DNA of 64,000 bases from Marsupella aquatica (lineage: Eukaryota; Plantae; Marchantiophyta), in NCBI GenBank assembly GCA_973895155.1, contig OZ316899.1:11934834-11998833 (forward strand), given 5' to 3'. Of this stretch, positions 11,369-25,206 are shown one piece after another. A program made the position numbers and the translations under genes. Each line of letters opens with the position of its first letter. Within the stretch, counting starts at the first letter, position 1. The notes below the pieces were generated by a model that saw nothing but the letters and a program-made list of their open reading frames with translations, was not told the origin of the DNA and did no database searches.

Positions 11369-13285
11369 TACTAAACTATAATACAAGGTTGCACCACTTT
11401 TTAGAGTGGTCGTCATTCAAATTTGCAGGGCATAAAAATTAAAAAAATGTGATCAAAAGTAAGTAATAAAATCAAAATGTGAATTGAGTTTAGTGTGACA
11501 CAAAAAGTTACCCCATTGTCCAAGACAAGCCAAATAATCACACGAGACACCCCAAAAAAGTGAAAGACTTTAATTAATGCACGAGAATCAACTCACGAGG
11601 ATCAAGGAGGATACTCCCTTCAGGTCTCCATGATCCGTATTGTACATACTTAGAGTATTCTACATATTCAATATTATGTGTAACATAGTTTTGTATAATA
11701 GTGTTAAGAGGAGTTTAATTGCTAATAACATTTTAGTCACTTGATCAATAAAAAATTGTTTCTCCCAATATTTGTGGTGATTTTTAGAGTCATTTGCACT
11801 ATCATTTTCAATGCCGAAAAACAAAAGTAATAAGGCCCAAAGACATAGTGAAACTCATGACACGGGCGTTGATGGCAAGGTGTCGGCCGAGGGGCACACT
11901 GGCAATGTAGGGCAGCCCCTCGAAGGGCTCCAGTCGCGCACGGGTGGGGAGGGAGGGGGCGGCGAGCGAGTGGAGTGATGGTGAAATGGAGAAAAGGGGG
12001 AGGTTAAGGTTTAAAAGGAACATAAGAGGAAAAAGGTTAAAAAGGGGGAAAAAACACCTCTCATTTTGTTATACTTTTGTGGTTGTCATAGCCAGTGGTT
12101 TGTGCAATGACATCTTTTATTCAAAGAATTTTTTTGTGCAAGGAGAAAAAGGAAAAAGGGAACTTTTGTGGGTGCCGTAGCCAGTATTTTGCACAATGAT
12201 ATCTTTCACTCAACAAAAAGTTTTGTGCAATTTTTTATTCAACGATATCTTTTGCACCATGAGCTATTTCTCAACAACATCTTTAACCAAACAACATCTT
12301 TTATGCAACGCACGGGGATTTGAAAAGATATCGATAGAATGGTCATCTTTGCTAAACCTTAAACCTTAAACCTGAAACCGATAATATAACATTGCGCCAA
12401 TGTATAGAGTGGTCGCCATTCAAATGCAAGGGCATTTTGGGTAAAAAACAAACAAAGAAAAAAACTTGCTCCTTCTCTCATTGACTTTTTATTTCATAAC
12501 ATCTTTCACATAATAACAACTTGGATGAAACGACACCTTTTTTTTCTTTATAACATCTTTTACTTCACAATATCTTTGGCAAAATGACACATTTTTCTTA
12601 TCAACATCTTTCACATAATGGCATCTTTGGCAAAATGACTTCTTTGGCAAAATGACTTGAAGCTAGGACATCTTTTGTGCAATGCACGGGTATTTTCCCT
12701 CAATGATGTCTTGGCCGACACGACATCTTTTCCCTCAATGTCTTTGCCGACATCTTGGCCGACATGACATCTTTTTTTTCAACGACTTCTTGGCCAAGAT
12801 GACATATTTTTTCTCAGCGACCTCTTGGCCGACATGACATATTTTTTTCTCAATGACTTCTTTTCTCTCAACGACCTCTTGGCCATCTTTTTTTCTCAAC
12901 GACTTCTTTTCTCTCAACGACCTCTTGGCCAACACAACATCTTTTCTCTCCACGACCTCTTGGCCGACACTACATCTTTTCTCTCCACGACCTCTTGGCC
13001 GACACTACATCTTTTCTCTCCACGACCTCTTGGCCGACACTACATCTTTTCTCTCCACGACCTCTTGGCCAACACAACATCTTTTCTCTCCATGACCTCT
13101 TGGCCGACACTACATCTTTTCTCTCCACGACCTCTTGGCCAACACAACATCTTTTCTCTCCATGACCTCTTGGCCGACACGACATCTTTTCTCTCAATGA
13201 CCTCTTGGCTGACACAACATCTTTTTTCTCAACGATATCTTGGCCGACATGACTTCCTTTGTGTAACGCACGGGTATTGAGCTAG
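11369..13285 (+). mobile_element. Probable non-autonomous Helitron ending upstream of the CID gene
   Basis: 3' end GTGTAACGCACGGGTATTGAG-CTAG|T (13261-13286) fits the plant Helitron hairpin plus CTAG terminus. The GCAACGCACGGG motif recurs near 12305 and 12678. The 5' end (ACTAAACTATAATAC) is tentative. Confidence 0.45.
12700..13255. repeat. 35-bp minisatellite (CTTTTCTCTCCACGACCTCTTGGCCGACACTACAT), about 15 units, decaying leftwards to about 12540
   Basis: Exact 35-bp period visible at 12941, 12976 and 13011; no unique spacers. Confidence 0.9.
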
Positions 13286-13866
13286 TGAGCAATCATGGAC
13301 TGCCAAGGAGGTTCATAACGATACATTTAATTAAGAGGACACCGATCCTTACTTCCTTCCTTATGTCGTGTGCATTAGTGATTAACGCAATTGTGCCTTC
13401 ATGACACAAATGTAATGAGAAGTCAGGTGAGAAAGTTCCGTGTGGTGTGGGCCCCAAGGCTTTCTCATCTAGACTGGGGATCGACGAGCTACCCACTCAT
13501 CGTAATTTTGAACTCACGACTAGTTAGTCTACGTCTCCACAGTTACGCAGGGACTTTGCAAACTGTGAGATCTTTGCAAAAGGCCGCACGGGATCCAGGA
13601 TATGTGCACCTTTCCCAAGTTTTCGAGTGTGGACTAGGCCACGAGGATTGTGGAAGCTCTTTCCGAGGGTCGGGCTTAACTCGAGAGTAAGAAGGTCGAG
13701 TCGAACGCTGGCGAACCGAGCCGGCGGAAGCTAGTTTCGGAGTAGAGATGATATTTTTGAGATTGGAAACAGGCAGGCTGTGATGGATCTCATGAGAAGA
13801 GTGGAGGGCAGGGGTCACGACGGAGTGGATGGGTCGAAATAATTGGAGTTGGTTTGGGAGGAAACA

Positions 13867-16800
13867 ATGGCAGTTGCGGACAATGCAGGGGTGGAGAGCT
13901 TGGGTATTGGCATGGGTGTAAATATGGGGGTAGGTGTGGGACACCACCCCGTTCCCGTGATGAGAACTTATCCACTACCTTCTGTGGATGCATCGGACAG
14001 CTCTGTGAAACAAGTGTTTGATCCTTCGCGTTTGGAGCAGCAACCACAGCATCAACATCTCCAAGTGCTTCAGCAGACGCCAGATACGGTACAACACATT
14101 CAACAATCGAAGCAGACGAGATCGGGTCCCCATCCTCCCAAACAACAGGTTCCGCCTCAGCATACCGCATCACGTTCAAATGGAGTTATTTCCCGGGACC
14201 CTGAGGCAGTTGAAGGGGTTCCTGCAGTAGATTCTAGAAGCAATGTTAGCGACGACAGTATGCGGGAGCTAGAAGATCTTCTGACGAAGCTGAATCCTCT
14301 TGCCCAAGAGTTCGTTCCTCCGTCTCACACCGATACAAACTCCATGGTACTCCCAGCCACATCATCGAAAGGAAATGTGCGCAGGGTAAGTAAAGCTGCT
14401 CATTGAGCTTTTGATCAAATGACGGCGGAAGGCACCTATATGTACTTGTTGGAAGAGTATCTTATTGTCAATCAATGCCTTGTGAATTTGTTTCTTGTGC
14501 AGCAGAAGAACGGATACAGCAACCTTGGAAAAAGACGAGCGAACAGCCGAACGAGCAGGGCACAGCGGGAAGACAGTATCCGGAGAACTGTGTACGTGTC
14601 CGACATCGACCAGCAAGTACGTTCTTCTCACTGTATGCGGGGCTTTCAAACGTTCACGTGCATGAAGTCACACTTCTTTGGGATCGGTCGGATGTTTTTC
14701 TAGAAACCCGATTTTTTCTATGGATCCTCGATGCCGAATGATGATGTTTCAGCACTACAGCTTTCGCAAAGAGTTATGACCTATCCTGTATGCAGTTTAT
14801 CTTGTAATGCCGCACAAACACCCGCGATAGGCAATTCCCGATGAGCACTAGGATGTTCAAGAATCTAACCATCGTTTTGAGATCTAGTACGTCTTGAATT
14901 TGTCCTGATTTTTTTCTGAGATAGATCAGCCTTCTGTTAAAACTTGATGACTTGTTCCTCCGCGGCTTGTGGAAGGTTACCGAAGAGCAACTTGCGGCTC
15001 TTTTCATCACGTGTGGACAGGTAATACTCGTTCCGCTGGCAGCTCTTTAAAGGCAGTCTTAGATCCTGTCCAGGTATCCGTGTAACGTGATTGCTGTGCT
15101 GCAGGTTGTTGATTGTCGCGTTTGCGGGGACCCAAACTCTGTCCTTCGCTTTGCGTTTGTCGAGTTCACCGACGAGGGTAAGCTATTACGGCCCTCTCGA
15201 AATAGACAGGTGTAGGCAGGTTAGTCAACCAAGAGATCTGCCTCTGGCAACTTTATTCGAGTACTTTCCTGTAGTCTATTTTGACAATCCATGGTGATTT
15301 TGTGGATGTCATGTGCCTTTGGATTTTTTCGGGGTGTTGTTTAAATGCAGATGGTGCTCGTGCTGCACTAAGCCTCGCTGGAACAATGTTGGGATACTAC
15401 CCTGTTCGTGTTTTGCCTTCCAAAACTGCAATTGTACCTGTGAATCCAACATTTCTTCCTCGGGTGCGCTCCTAGTTTCCTCATTGACAACTTTCCGCTG
15501 ATCTGTACAATGTTGAGTTGGGGTCTTTCTCATGATATTGGTCCCTTTCTTTGCCCTGGTGAGTAATGTTGGTCCTACTCGGTGGGGTTTGATTTCTACC
15601 ACTGATCAAGATTTCTGGTGATGCATTGGAATTGGTTGCGCAAGTTGTCAGGAGTCCAGTGGAGGACATGTTGCACGCTTTAACATATTATCTTTCAATA
15701 TACTTTTATTCCATTTCAGTCCGAAGATGAGAGGGAAATGTGCGCGCGCACCATTTACTGTACGAATATTGACAAGAAGGTGAAGTGGATATAGATAGGC
15801 ATGTTATTACTTCCTGAGCAGTGAAGGTGAGGTCACGCATATTGTGATTGAATGGTTCTGTTGATAGGGAAGTTCATGTGCAACAAGATATTTATCTTCT
15901 GTTTAGGGGTACAACTCCGTCCTTCATGGTTTGCGAATGTGCAATCATTGCGCTAAGACTGCTGTGTTGCATGCAGGTATCTCAGGCAGACGTGAAACTG
16001 TTTTTTGAATCATTATGTGGGGAGGTACTGTCCTATTCTGTTTATTCGTAATCAACTAGGGCCCCTACTTCGTCTACTGTTGTTTCCAACTACAATATTT
16101 TCCTGTAGTGTGAGTTTAAGGTCGAGATTAGAATTCTGTTGGCCAAATTTGTACCGTAATTTACACTTCGTGGGTTCTGCAGGTTTCTCGGTTGAGATTA
16201 TTGGGGGACTACCATCATTCCACCCGCATCGCTTTTGTTGAGTTTGTGATGGTAAGTGGTTTTGATCAATATTACACTTCGGCAGTTGATGAAAGTAGAC
16301 CGCACTGTGGAGTTTGTGAAGTTGGCTTACTGGAAGCGATGTGCGCAAAACTAAGCGTACTGGTTCGTTACTGAAGAGTGTATCCCATTAAAGAGGTTTT
16401 TATTGGTGGATGCATACTCGTTTTCGATAGTTCATACTAAGGCGAGCATTGTGAAAGATGGAATATTTAGGATTAAGAAAACAATGCCGGAGGAACTCCT
16501 TGTGACAAAATGTGACAAATTGCAAACAGATAAAGGTTGTGTAGGGCAACTGTATGACATTCTTTGTTTGGAATTATTTTTTACACATGCTGAAGTTGTC
16601 TTTGAAAGGAACTTCGAAACATTCTTGTATCAGTCATATCCAAGCTTCTGCCTGTGGAAAAATGAATCACGTCGTGTGTTTTGCAAATAACAGGAGTTCA
16701 ATAGAGGATATCTTGGGGTAGACCTTTTGACAGACTGTCATTCTACCTCGTCTTGTATTGAGAACTGTATTTTTCTTTGTCTATGTTTGTCGTCGCTTGG

Positions 16801-17205
16801 TGCTCTTGCAGCAGTGTGGATTGGTGTTGTGGAAGGTTGGATTTGGATCTGTTGCGTTTCTTCGTTTGGCCAAGCTAATTCCGGACAACATTTTTTATTA
16901 CACTAATTTGGATGTCTTGGAAAGTATGATCAACTTGACTCTAACCTGAACCGAAATGCTTGCTTTGAAGGCTGAGAGTGCAATGGCAGCTCTTAACTGT
17001 AGTGGTGCTATTCTTGGCTCGCTTCCAATCAGGTACTCTAATGGCTTGGTACACATCTGCCGTCTATGCTATTAGTGAACGTTTGCATTCGACCCAGTAA
17101 GCTCGGATTGGAGCTTTCTTGCTTATGCTTTCTCATTTGTTGTCCAGGGTGAGCCCATCGAAAACCCCAGTGAGACCTCGTTCACCACGTGCTCTCCTCC
17201 ATTGA
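13867..17205 (+). CDS. CID: Poly(A)-binding-protein-interacting RNA-binding protein, CID8-13/RBP37 family (PAM2 + 2 RRM), 386 aa; exons 13867-14385, 14503-14616, 14976-15020, 15105-15177, 15351-15463, 15720-15779, 15977-16024, 16183-16251, 16971-17032, 17148-17205
   Basis: PAM2 motif KLNPLAQEFVP; RRM1 RRTVYVSDID..VVDCRVCGDPNSVLRFAFVEF; RRM2 RTIYCTNIDKK..RLRLLGDYHHSTRIAFVEF; C-terminus RVSPSKTPVRPR. All introns are GT-AG and the 1161-nt spliced CDS stays in frame. Confidence 0.95.
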
Positions 17206-20129
17206 CCGGTGTTAAATGAGATGAAATCGACGCATGCCAAGTGACTGTTCGACTTAGGTTTGCAGTCCTGGAAGGTTTATTTTATGCAGCCTCATCACTG
17301 AAGTTGATGAATGCTGGTCTTGTGGGCGTTTGGTCAGTAAAAATGGGGCCTGAAGCTATCCTCTGTGCGTAGGATGCAGCGATGGAGATAGCCAAGTCAT
17401 AGTCTCCTGAAGTCCTGGTATTGCACACTTGTCACTTCAAAAGTGTAGGTTGGTTATTTATTTGTTGCAAAGATAGTATCATGAAGAATCAACGGCTCCC
17501 AGCCTAGGTTGGGGGAGGGGTGACTAAATATTTTTTCGACAGTGACTGAGATTTGTAAACCAACTTTAAATTGATGTAAAAAGATAACGTGGTTGGACCA
17601 ATTATTGATGGTACTCAGGGTCTCCCTAGGTGCATAGCTGGGAAGGTAGATTAGGGGAGAGAAGCCAGTAGGGTGGCTTCCTATTGTCGTTATCTCAACG
17701 TTGGCCTCTGTAAAAGCCCAAACTCATATTGGTTCATGTTACTCTACTATTGCAAGAGGTAGGGTTCCTGCAGGAGGAACTGTACTATTGCAAAGAAGTC
17801 ACCAGTTATAGTTTGTTGAAGTGCTGGTATTGCAGACTTTGTACCTGGTAAGAAAGAGGGCCTGTGGGCCTCTTACGTCCACATCTTATTCTACAAATTA
17901 CCGGACAATATGTTTCACATCACCCCCAGGTATCTAATCCCAGCTTGGTGAGTCGTCGTTGTGGTATTGCAATGAACAATGTTCTGGGGTATGTATATGT
18001 AGAAACCTTTCAGGAGCTCCTTGTTCACTTGAAGGCCCTGTGACTGTAGTGCCTGGATATAAGTTGGCTAATTGATTATTGATTAGTGTCAACTGGGATG
18101 ATGCGGCATGCAACTGCAGTCAGCACTATCTTGAAAATCAGCGTGCCCATTGATATCACCAAGGAAAGCTCATTGACATCACCCAGGTAGACTCATTTCT
18201 AGGATTCTGCAATTATGACTAAGTCTAAGCCTAGCATCACTACAAGTCCACTTGCAAGTAGGTGAAGTCGTCCTTGCACTATCTGAAATGTTTCTTGTTC
18301 TTATCCTTTTTCGCCTAGCTTGACTCATTCTCAAAGGATGAATCTTTCGATTTGTAACGTTTCTTTCTACTTTTGAATCAACATCAATATAAACTTGAAT
18401 GTCACGAATCACCCTGTTTGCAAATTTGGGCTTGCCCAGTGGATTGCGAAATTTCGCCTTAGGTCTAGAGTTAGGATTGTTATTGTAATTAGTGTTAAAC
18501 CTTTGTTGTAAAATTGATTTGGTTAACTGTATTGCAAAGTATATCCCAAACTATGTTTGTCTAGATAAGATAAATTAAGATTCATTATTAGGGAATCATT
18601 TGACAAATAGAGAGATCTTGTGTTGTGTACAAATAGAGATCTTGTATTGTGTACAAATAGAGAGATCTTGTATTGTGTAGACTGAGCATGAGCATGACCG
18701 ATGGAGACTGAGTGCAACTAAGTTCTCATGTGTCCATGCAACTAAGTTCTCATGTGTTCCTATGGACATAATTTTAACTGAAATTAATAATGTATCTCTA
18801 TGTTTGGATTACTTGTGTTTGGATTACTTGTGTGTGGGATGAACATGGCCTTCTTGTTACGAATATCTTTTTTGTTCAATAGTTGTCACTAAACATGCCT
18901 AGGAGATGACCAAAAAAATGCATGATGATTTTTTTCCCAGTATTTAATATTGATGGTTTATTTGGAGTTTAGTTGCACGAAATTCAAATTTTATAAACTT
19001 AATAGATAAATAAATGCAAGTAATTTCTGATGGTGCATAGAAATCATTGATCATTATCTATGGTGAAATCATTCTTTAATTTTTGGTTAGATTTTGTGTT
19101 TGATGGTTCTTGCGAAAGAAAGACCAGATTGTTTTCTTGACAGTATGAGCTATGTGGTACAAGAGGCTTCACATGTTGTAGCTCCCCTTTTAGCTCGAAA
19201 CATTTTGGTAGTTTGTTTGTTGTCGAGTGTGTATCAAGTGTGACACAATAAGCAAAAGAGGGGAATATACTGTCAAAAGAGGTTTTATGGAATTTATTTT
19301 TGCCTGAATTGGGCTTTTCATTGTCATGCTCACCTCGGAGGAAGAAATGTGAACTGCTAAGGCCCAACAAAGAGTTTGCATTGAGACGATAATTTGTAGT
19401 CCTGGATTGACACTTGATATTGAGAGAGTGTGACATGATGAAATTTTTTCTCTGTCGACGATGCCGGTGAAATTCAATAACTTTTTCCCGTCATCAATTG
19501 GCACTTTTCTCATTTGAATCAGCAGTGGTAAAGTTGTGCGACCCGACAAATTTCTTTTTTTAGGGTAAAAATTCTGTTTTAGGGGGGTTTTGTGGCTCTT
19601 TTATGTGTGATCCGCATGCGTATCATGACAGACCCCCGACCGGGCCCTATATGGTGCATTTTTCTTTTACGCCCAATTATTGATTATAGTCCTTTAGGGC
19701 CCGGATTTTACTTGTTTCCCTCTATTTCTATTGGTTTGTGGTTTTTTCTTGGGACCTATCGTACTCCACTTTAACGGCTTGGATAGGGGAAACAACCCCA
19801 TACGAGACCTGCTATAGTGTGCAGGAAAAAAAATGTTGTTTTTGGCCGTCCATAAAAAATTTGCTTTACTAAGCGATTATTTTTAAATTTTTCTTTGGGG
19901 AGATCATAGCCACCTACGTTAGTAACATGGTGCACCAATCAACTTGTGTTTCTGATGATAGGTGACACTTTGCATTTTGATTATTCTTTGAGGTGGTGAA
20001 ATGGAGGAGTTTTCCAAGATTTTACCCATCTCAATCAAAAAGTCAATAAGTTTTAGTCAAATTTTGGTTTCACTTTGGGTTTTCAACGGTAAATAGCTAA
20101 CCTTGTCGGCTATGCGACGGTGATTAGTT

Positions 20130-21727
20130 TTGTTGAACATAGTTGACAATCGCAACGATAAGCACATGACACATCCAACGTGAAAATAGTCAACACAAGA
20201 GATATACGTGGTTCATCTCCTCAAAGATTATGTCCATAGGAACACACAAGAGAGCTTTACTGAATTCTAAATCCGTCGATCATACCAAGTCTCCACAATA
20301 TAAGTTCTCCTCATCTCTCAAGTGGCTTTGTAACAATAAGCCTTAGTTTTACTTATCCTAACAAGCACCATTTAGGATATAGTGTGTAACTTAGTTAGCC
20401 TAACCATGTCTTGATTACGGTTAGTCTAAGTATGGTTACATGTCGTAACCCTAGACATAAGAGTAAATATTTAATAATGTCCCCCTTGACTCTGGTCTAG
20501 GGGAGGATAATACTTCTAATCTATATGAGTCCTCAACGGAAAGTTATGGACGAAAACCAAACTGGTTTCTCCTCTAGCTAGAGCAAACCAGAACTAAATC
20601 ATAACCTAGAACATAACAATGAGAAAGGACATCTATCAATAATTACAATGAGTGTTACGAAAATCCTACTTGTGATGCAATTGTAAAATTTGCAACACGT
20701 CATGGTGTCTAGAAAAACTCTCCAAAAGAATCACTTTGGTAAATATGTCAGTTGGGTTGAGTTTACAGTCAATCTTGACTAGCTCAATCAAATTATCAAA
20801 CACAATCTGCCTGATAAAATGATATATGACGTCTATGTGCTTCATTCCATTGTCCATCACCTGGTTCACAGCAAGGTGGAGCGCACTCAATCTGACTATC
20901 ACAATGGAGCTTTACATTCCCCTTTAGCAAATCTCATTTCAATGATAAATCTATCCAGCCAAATCACTTCTTTTGTTGCTTCTGTTGTTGCAACACACTC
21001 CGCTTCTATAGTATACTGAACTATACACTTATGCAAAATAGACCTCCAACTTATGAATCCACCGTCAAGTATGAACACATACCCTTTTATTGATCTCCTC
21101 TGGTCTAGATCTTGTCAATAGTCAGAATCTACATAGTCAATCAATGATCTAACATTCTTTGCATTTTCATCAAACAAAAGACCATGATCCATGGTATCTT
21201 TCAAGTACTTGATAATCCATTGATAATTTGCTTCACTACTTTTCAGTGTACCTTCCTTGGATTTGACATATACCTGCTCACCTTACCTATAGTCATGGCA
21301 AGATCAAGTCTAATGCAAGTCATCACATACATGAGATTCCCCACTGCCTTATCATAAAGAACTTTGATATCAGCCCTTTCTTTGTTGCATCTATGAGACA
21401 AAGTGTTGATGATAAATTGAAGTGTGCAGCCAAAGGGGTACTTACTGGCTTGCTATCCCCCATGTTGAACCTAACAATTAGCTTCCTTGTATAACTGCCT
21501 TGCATCAACCATAACTTACCAACTTCCAAGTCTCTAGTGATCTCCATACCCAAAATCCTCTTAACTGGCTTGGGTCCTTCATCTTAAGCTCTACACTAAG
21601 TAGTGTCTTAAGTTTAACAATCTCAGACCTATCATTGGTCGCAATAAGCATGTCATTGACATAAAGTACTAAAATAATGAACCTAAAAACAACATTCATT
21701 ATCGGTTTGAAATATACACAAGGGTCA
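20130..21727 (-). mobile_element. Ty1/Copia 3' remnant (RT C-terminus, RNase H, PPT, 3' LTR)
   Basis: HDPCVY..LVLYVNDMLIA; MKHIDVIYHFIRQ..NPTDIFTK; PPT GTCAAGGGGGACAT next to the LTR near 20478. Confidence 0.85.
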
Positions 21728-23289
21728 TGTTGTATGGCCGAAAGAACACAAAGTAACAATATAACCTTAAAACCTCGGAATTTGATCCCTTTAAGAACAG
21801 ATTGGAAGTAGATTGAATGATTTAATAAATTTGGATGGTTTAGAGCTCTTGCTCTAAAACTTTCAATTTCAAACAAAGAATGAAATTAACAAAACACAAG
21901 GAAAAGTTAACTCTTGAGTTATAAATCCAAAGGAAGGAGGAATCTATAAACTGATTGGTTTTAACATGCTATTGCCACTCCTTCAGGAAGGACTATGGAC
22001 TCAATATAGATAAAATTAAAACTATCAAGTCAAATCCTCTGTTTTCTTCTGGAATCATAAAGATGAAAAATAGAAGGATTCTCTTGCTCACCAAACCCAC
22101 ACTACATTTATGGCAGATTTACTGAGATATATATTATAATGCCGTCAACATGGTTTGATTGTCAACGAAACGCAAACCAAATGAAACTCTAATATACATG
22201 TCAAAATAAAACAACGGTACTATGATACTCTTAATTTGAAATTTTTCTCCTTCAATTCAAACATCTATTCTTGCATTAGCCAACGAATCTTAACACAGCA
22301 AGAAAGCTTAGCAGTGAATTCAATAGGAATCTCAAAAAGGTGTGATTAAAAATTCAGTCACCATAAGGAATCTCCTAAATTCATTCACACTTGATAACAC
22401 ATGCTTTACTTCCATACAAGATATTCTTGTTAAAATGGAAGGTGGAAAACCTATTCATAACTTCTCTTTCTAAATAAAGTTTGTCCCCAAAATGATGGAT
22501 AAACTGAGGTATCTTATAGGTGTAAACTTCTAATCGAAAAAAATTGAAGGGGTATAACTTTTCAAATCTCAATATCTAAAAGGGTAGTCTCATAAAAGAT
22601 GAAATGTGAAAAATGTAGTGCACATTTCAGAAAGCGTCGTTTGAGGCGAACGCTTCAAGAAGCGTCAATATTGACAGTAAAACTAATAAATAATTATCGT
22701 AATCTAATTTTGACTTCTAAACTAAAAGTCAGAATGAGGTGAAACATTTCTAGGGTATTCTACTACATATAATCTCAATGCTGGTAGAGTTTCAGACTTT
22801 CTAAGATGGCTAATGGCTTCAAATAAATTGGCGTAAGTGTCGCAATGTTATAGAAAGGAATAGAAAACCAAAAAAAATTCTAGGTGTCACAAGTTGGTGT
22901 ACGCTTCAGAAAGCGTCGGAAATACAGAAGAACTTTGTGGGCGCTTTAGAAAGCGTCGGCTGAAATATGAGATTTGGTCGCAGCGTCCATCTCCTAGCCT
23001 TTTGGGTGGGCGCCTTTGCAAAGCGTTGGGGTCTAAAGCTAATGATCTATGCCTCTTTTATGCAACAAGCTAATAATCTATGCTCCAAGGAAACTTCAAG
23101 AGATTCTTCAAGCCCATAGTTGTCAAATCTTCTCTCAATCACCGTCAATCATCTATACTCAATGGTATAACAATAGCGTCAATTTTTTGAGCATAATTTA
23201 CTATTCTAAAGCCATTCCATACTAATATACCTTGTAGGTATAAAATATGCCTAGCCCTGCACTCAAACTACGATATGTCCTCATGAGTG

Positions 23290-23658
23290 GAAGACAAATG
23301 ATATTGCTTCAATCTAAAGCCATTAATTCTAGTATCTAAAGGCTGGCCATCCAAAGTAGTTAAGGAAATAGAGCCATTAGCCCAAATCTTCTCTACTCTA
23401 TAAGGTCCTATCCAATGGGTATGTAATTTCCCAGGAAAAATCATATGACAATAATCAAATACTAATGCTAAATCTTCCTCTGCTAACTAAGTGGTTTTAA
23501 TCTTCTGATCATAAGCTTGTTTTTGTTTTCCTTGAACTAAAACTGTATGTTCTAAAGCTAATAATCTATGCTCTTCTGACTGGTTAATGATAACTAATCT
23601 ACAAGCAAGACTTTCCTCAGAAGGTAGTCGGTCAGGAACAAGTAACCGTTCAGTAGGT
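23290..23658 (-). mobile_element. Ty3/Gypsy integrase C-terminal remnant; 21728-23290 is probably its 3' non-coding region/LTR
   Basis: Minus strand translates to FPGKLHTHWIGPYRVEKIWANGSISLTTLDG..RINGFRLKQY (GPY/F region). Confidence 0.75.
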
Positions 23659-24739
23659 TGTCACGCCAAAAGATTCATCCTTAATTGGATTTCAGCTTAG
23701 GCGGCCATAAACTCCATTAATATTGAGGTTCAGGCAAGGAGGGACGTGCATATGATACCGTGTTCCCCTAACTTGACACTAAATGTGCCCAATCCTATTC
23801 TTACCCGTATCATAGGTATACTTTGTATTCCACCACCGGAACATACCTCAAGTTGATAGCGGGATCAACCCCGGTTTAAGGACTTCTAAGCCTTCGTGCT
23901 GTCCGCCTACAATCCGGATCCGATGATACGGGCATTTAACCCAGACTTGCAACCATTATCCGCAGCCATCACCCCGTGCGCAGCTCGTACAATGCGTTCG
24001 GCCAAGCATTCCATACATGTATACGAGACTAATGAACATAACAGCTTACACACATACAGTCTCGGTTTACACAAAGGAAATGGTGGGGAAAAACTTTCAA
24101 TTAATAAATCCGTCATATGTACATATACAGTTGACTCGACTTCTTTGAGAATAAATAGCCCAACGACAATGAGGTGTACACTACAACGGGGCCCGGCTCC
24201 GCACTTGCCCAACGAGCTTAGTTGTACCCTCACTCCACCGTACTATTCTATTCACTAAGGTCAGGACTCCCTGCACATCCGCAGATACCCAATTCAAAAC
24301 CCAAAGTCCCCCCCCGCTACCTCTACCGGCGGTGCACTAAATACTAACTAAGAGCCATGGCTAGGAGTGGTCACGTGCTCGAGTTCTAGCCCATGCTAAT
24401 CATAGCTAAACGCCAGTCCACTAAATGGCTTGTCGTTACCCTAAGATGCTATGCTAAGAAAGGTTGTCAGCACTGCTCTAACTAGTTTCGGCGCTTGTCG
24501 ATAGTGTCCTACTTCCATGGATAAACCTACGCTACTCTAAACTATCGGTGCCGCCTAATGTCTAGCCCGCTTGTTAGATCCGCCCGAGTGGGACTTGGAT
24601 CGGCCGTCTCGCTGCCTCCTCAGCCCGTCGACGTCCTACTTGAGGATCTGGACCTGGTCCATGAGAGAATCATCCTCTCTCTTCATTGCGTCTATTTCCT
24701 CCGCGGCCTCCTGGCACACCTCTTCCAATTGCTGACCGT
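23659..24739 (-). mobile_element. Truncated, diverged second copy of the large LTR-like unit at 426-4373
   Basis: Starts TGTCACG; shares GGACTTCTAAGCCTTCGTG, GGCTCCGCACTTGCCCAAC and the end of the coiled-coil ORF (GAGGATCTGGACCTGGTCC). Cut by the LTR at 24740. Confidence 0.75.
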
Positions 24740-25206
24740 TGTCGTGCGCATAAACATTGCTACACAACATACATCGCTTGTCACACATATCTAAACATAG
24801 TCACAATCAACATCACAAACATAAGAGAATGGAGTACTAGTGGAACTCCTATCCACACATGTCCAAAACCCACAATAATCATCAAGAGCAATCGAACAAC
24901 AATTGATGCCAATCAAACACACAATCCTGTCCGACGCAATCACACACTTATGTCAAGCCAAACACACCTTGCACCTCAAGGAATCCACGTTACGTACACA
25001 CAACCTAGACAGCCACACCATAGCCGCTAGAGTTTGTGCTCGAAAGGCTCAACATCAAAAGATGAGACCTTTGAGCCAACACAAAGAGATATATAACTAT
25101 CCCTCACAAACATACACTAACCCTAAAACACTTAGATAACACACATATAAAAGCCTCAAACCTACATAGTCCAATATCCTATACTACCACTCATAATGGT
25201 GTGACA
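24740..25206 (-). repeat. 467-bp LTR (TGTC...GACA), same family as the LTR beside the DNMT-Gypsy; no TSD
   Basis: Inverted TGTC/GACA termini; colinear with 27392-27844. Confidence 0.75.

Noticed and set aside
12700-13280. CRISPR-like periodic array and the ORFs across it
   Set aside because: Units are head-to-tail with no unique spacers, in a eukaryotic context. The ORFs are by-products of the repeat.
18600-18835. Short local tandem duplications downstream of CID
   Set aside because: Ordinary slippage-type repeats with no further structure.
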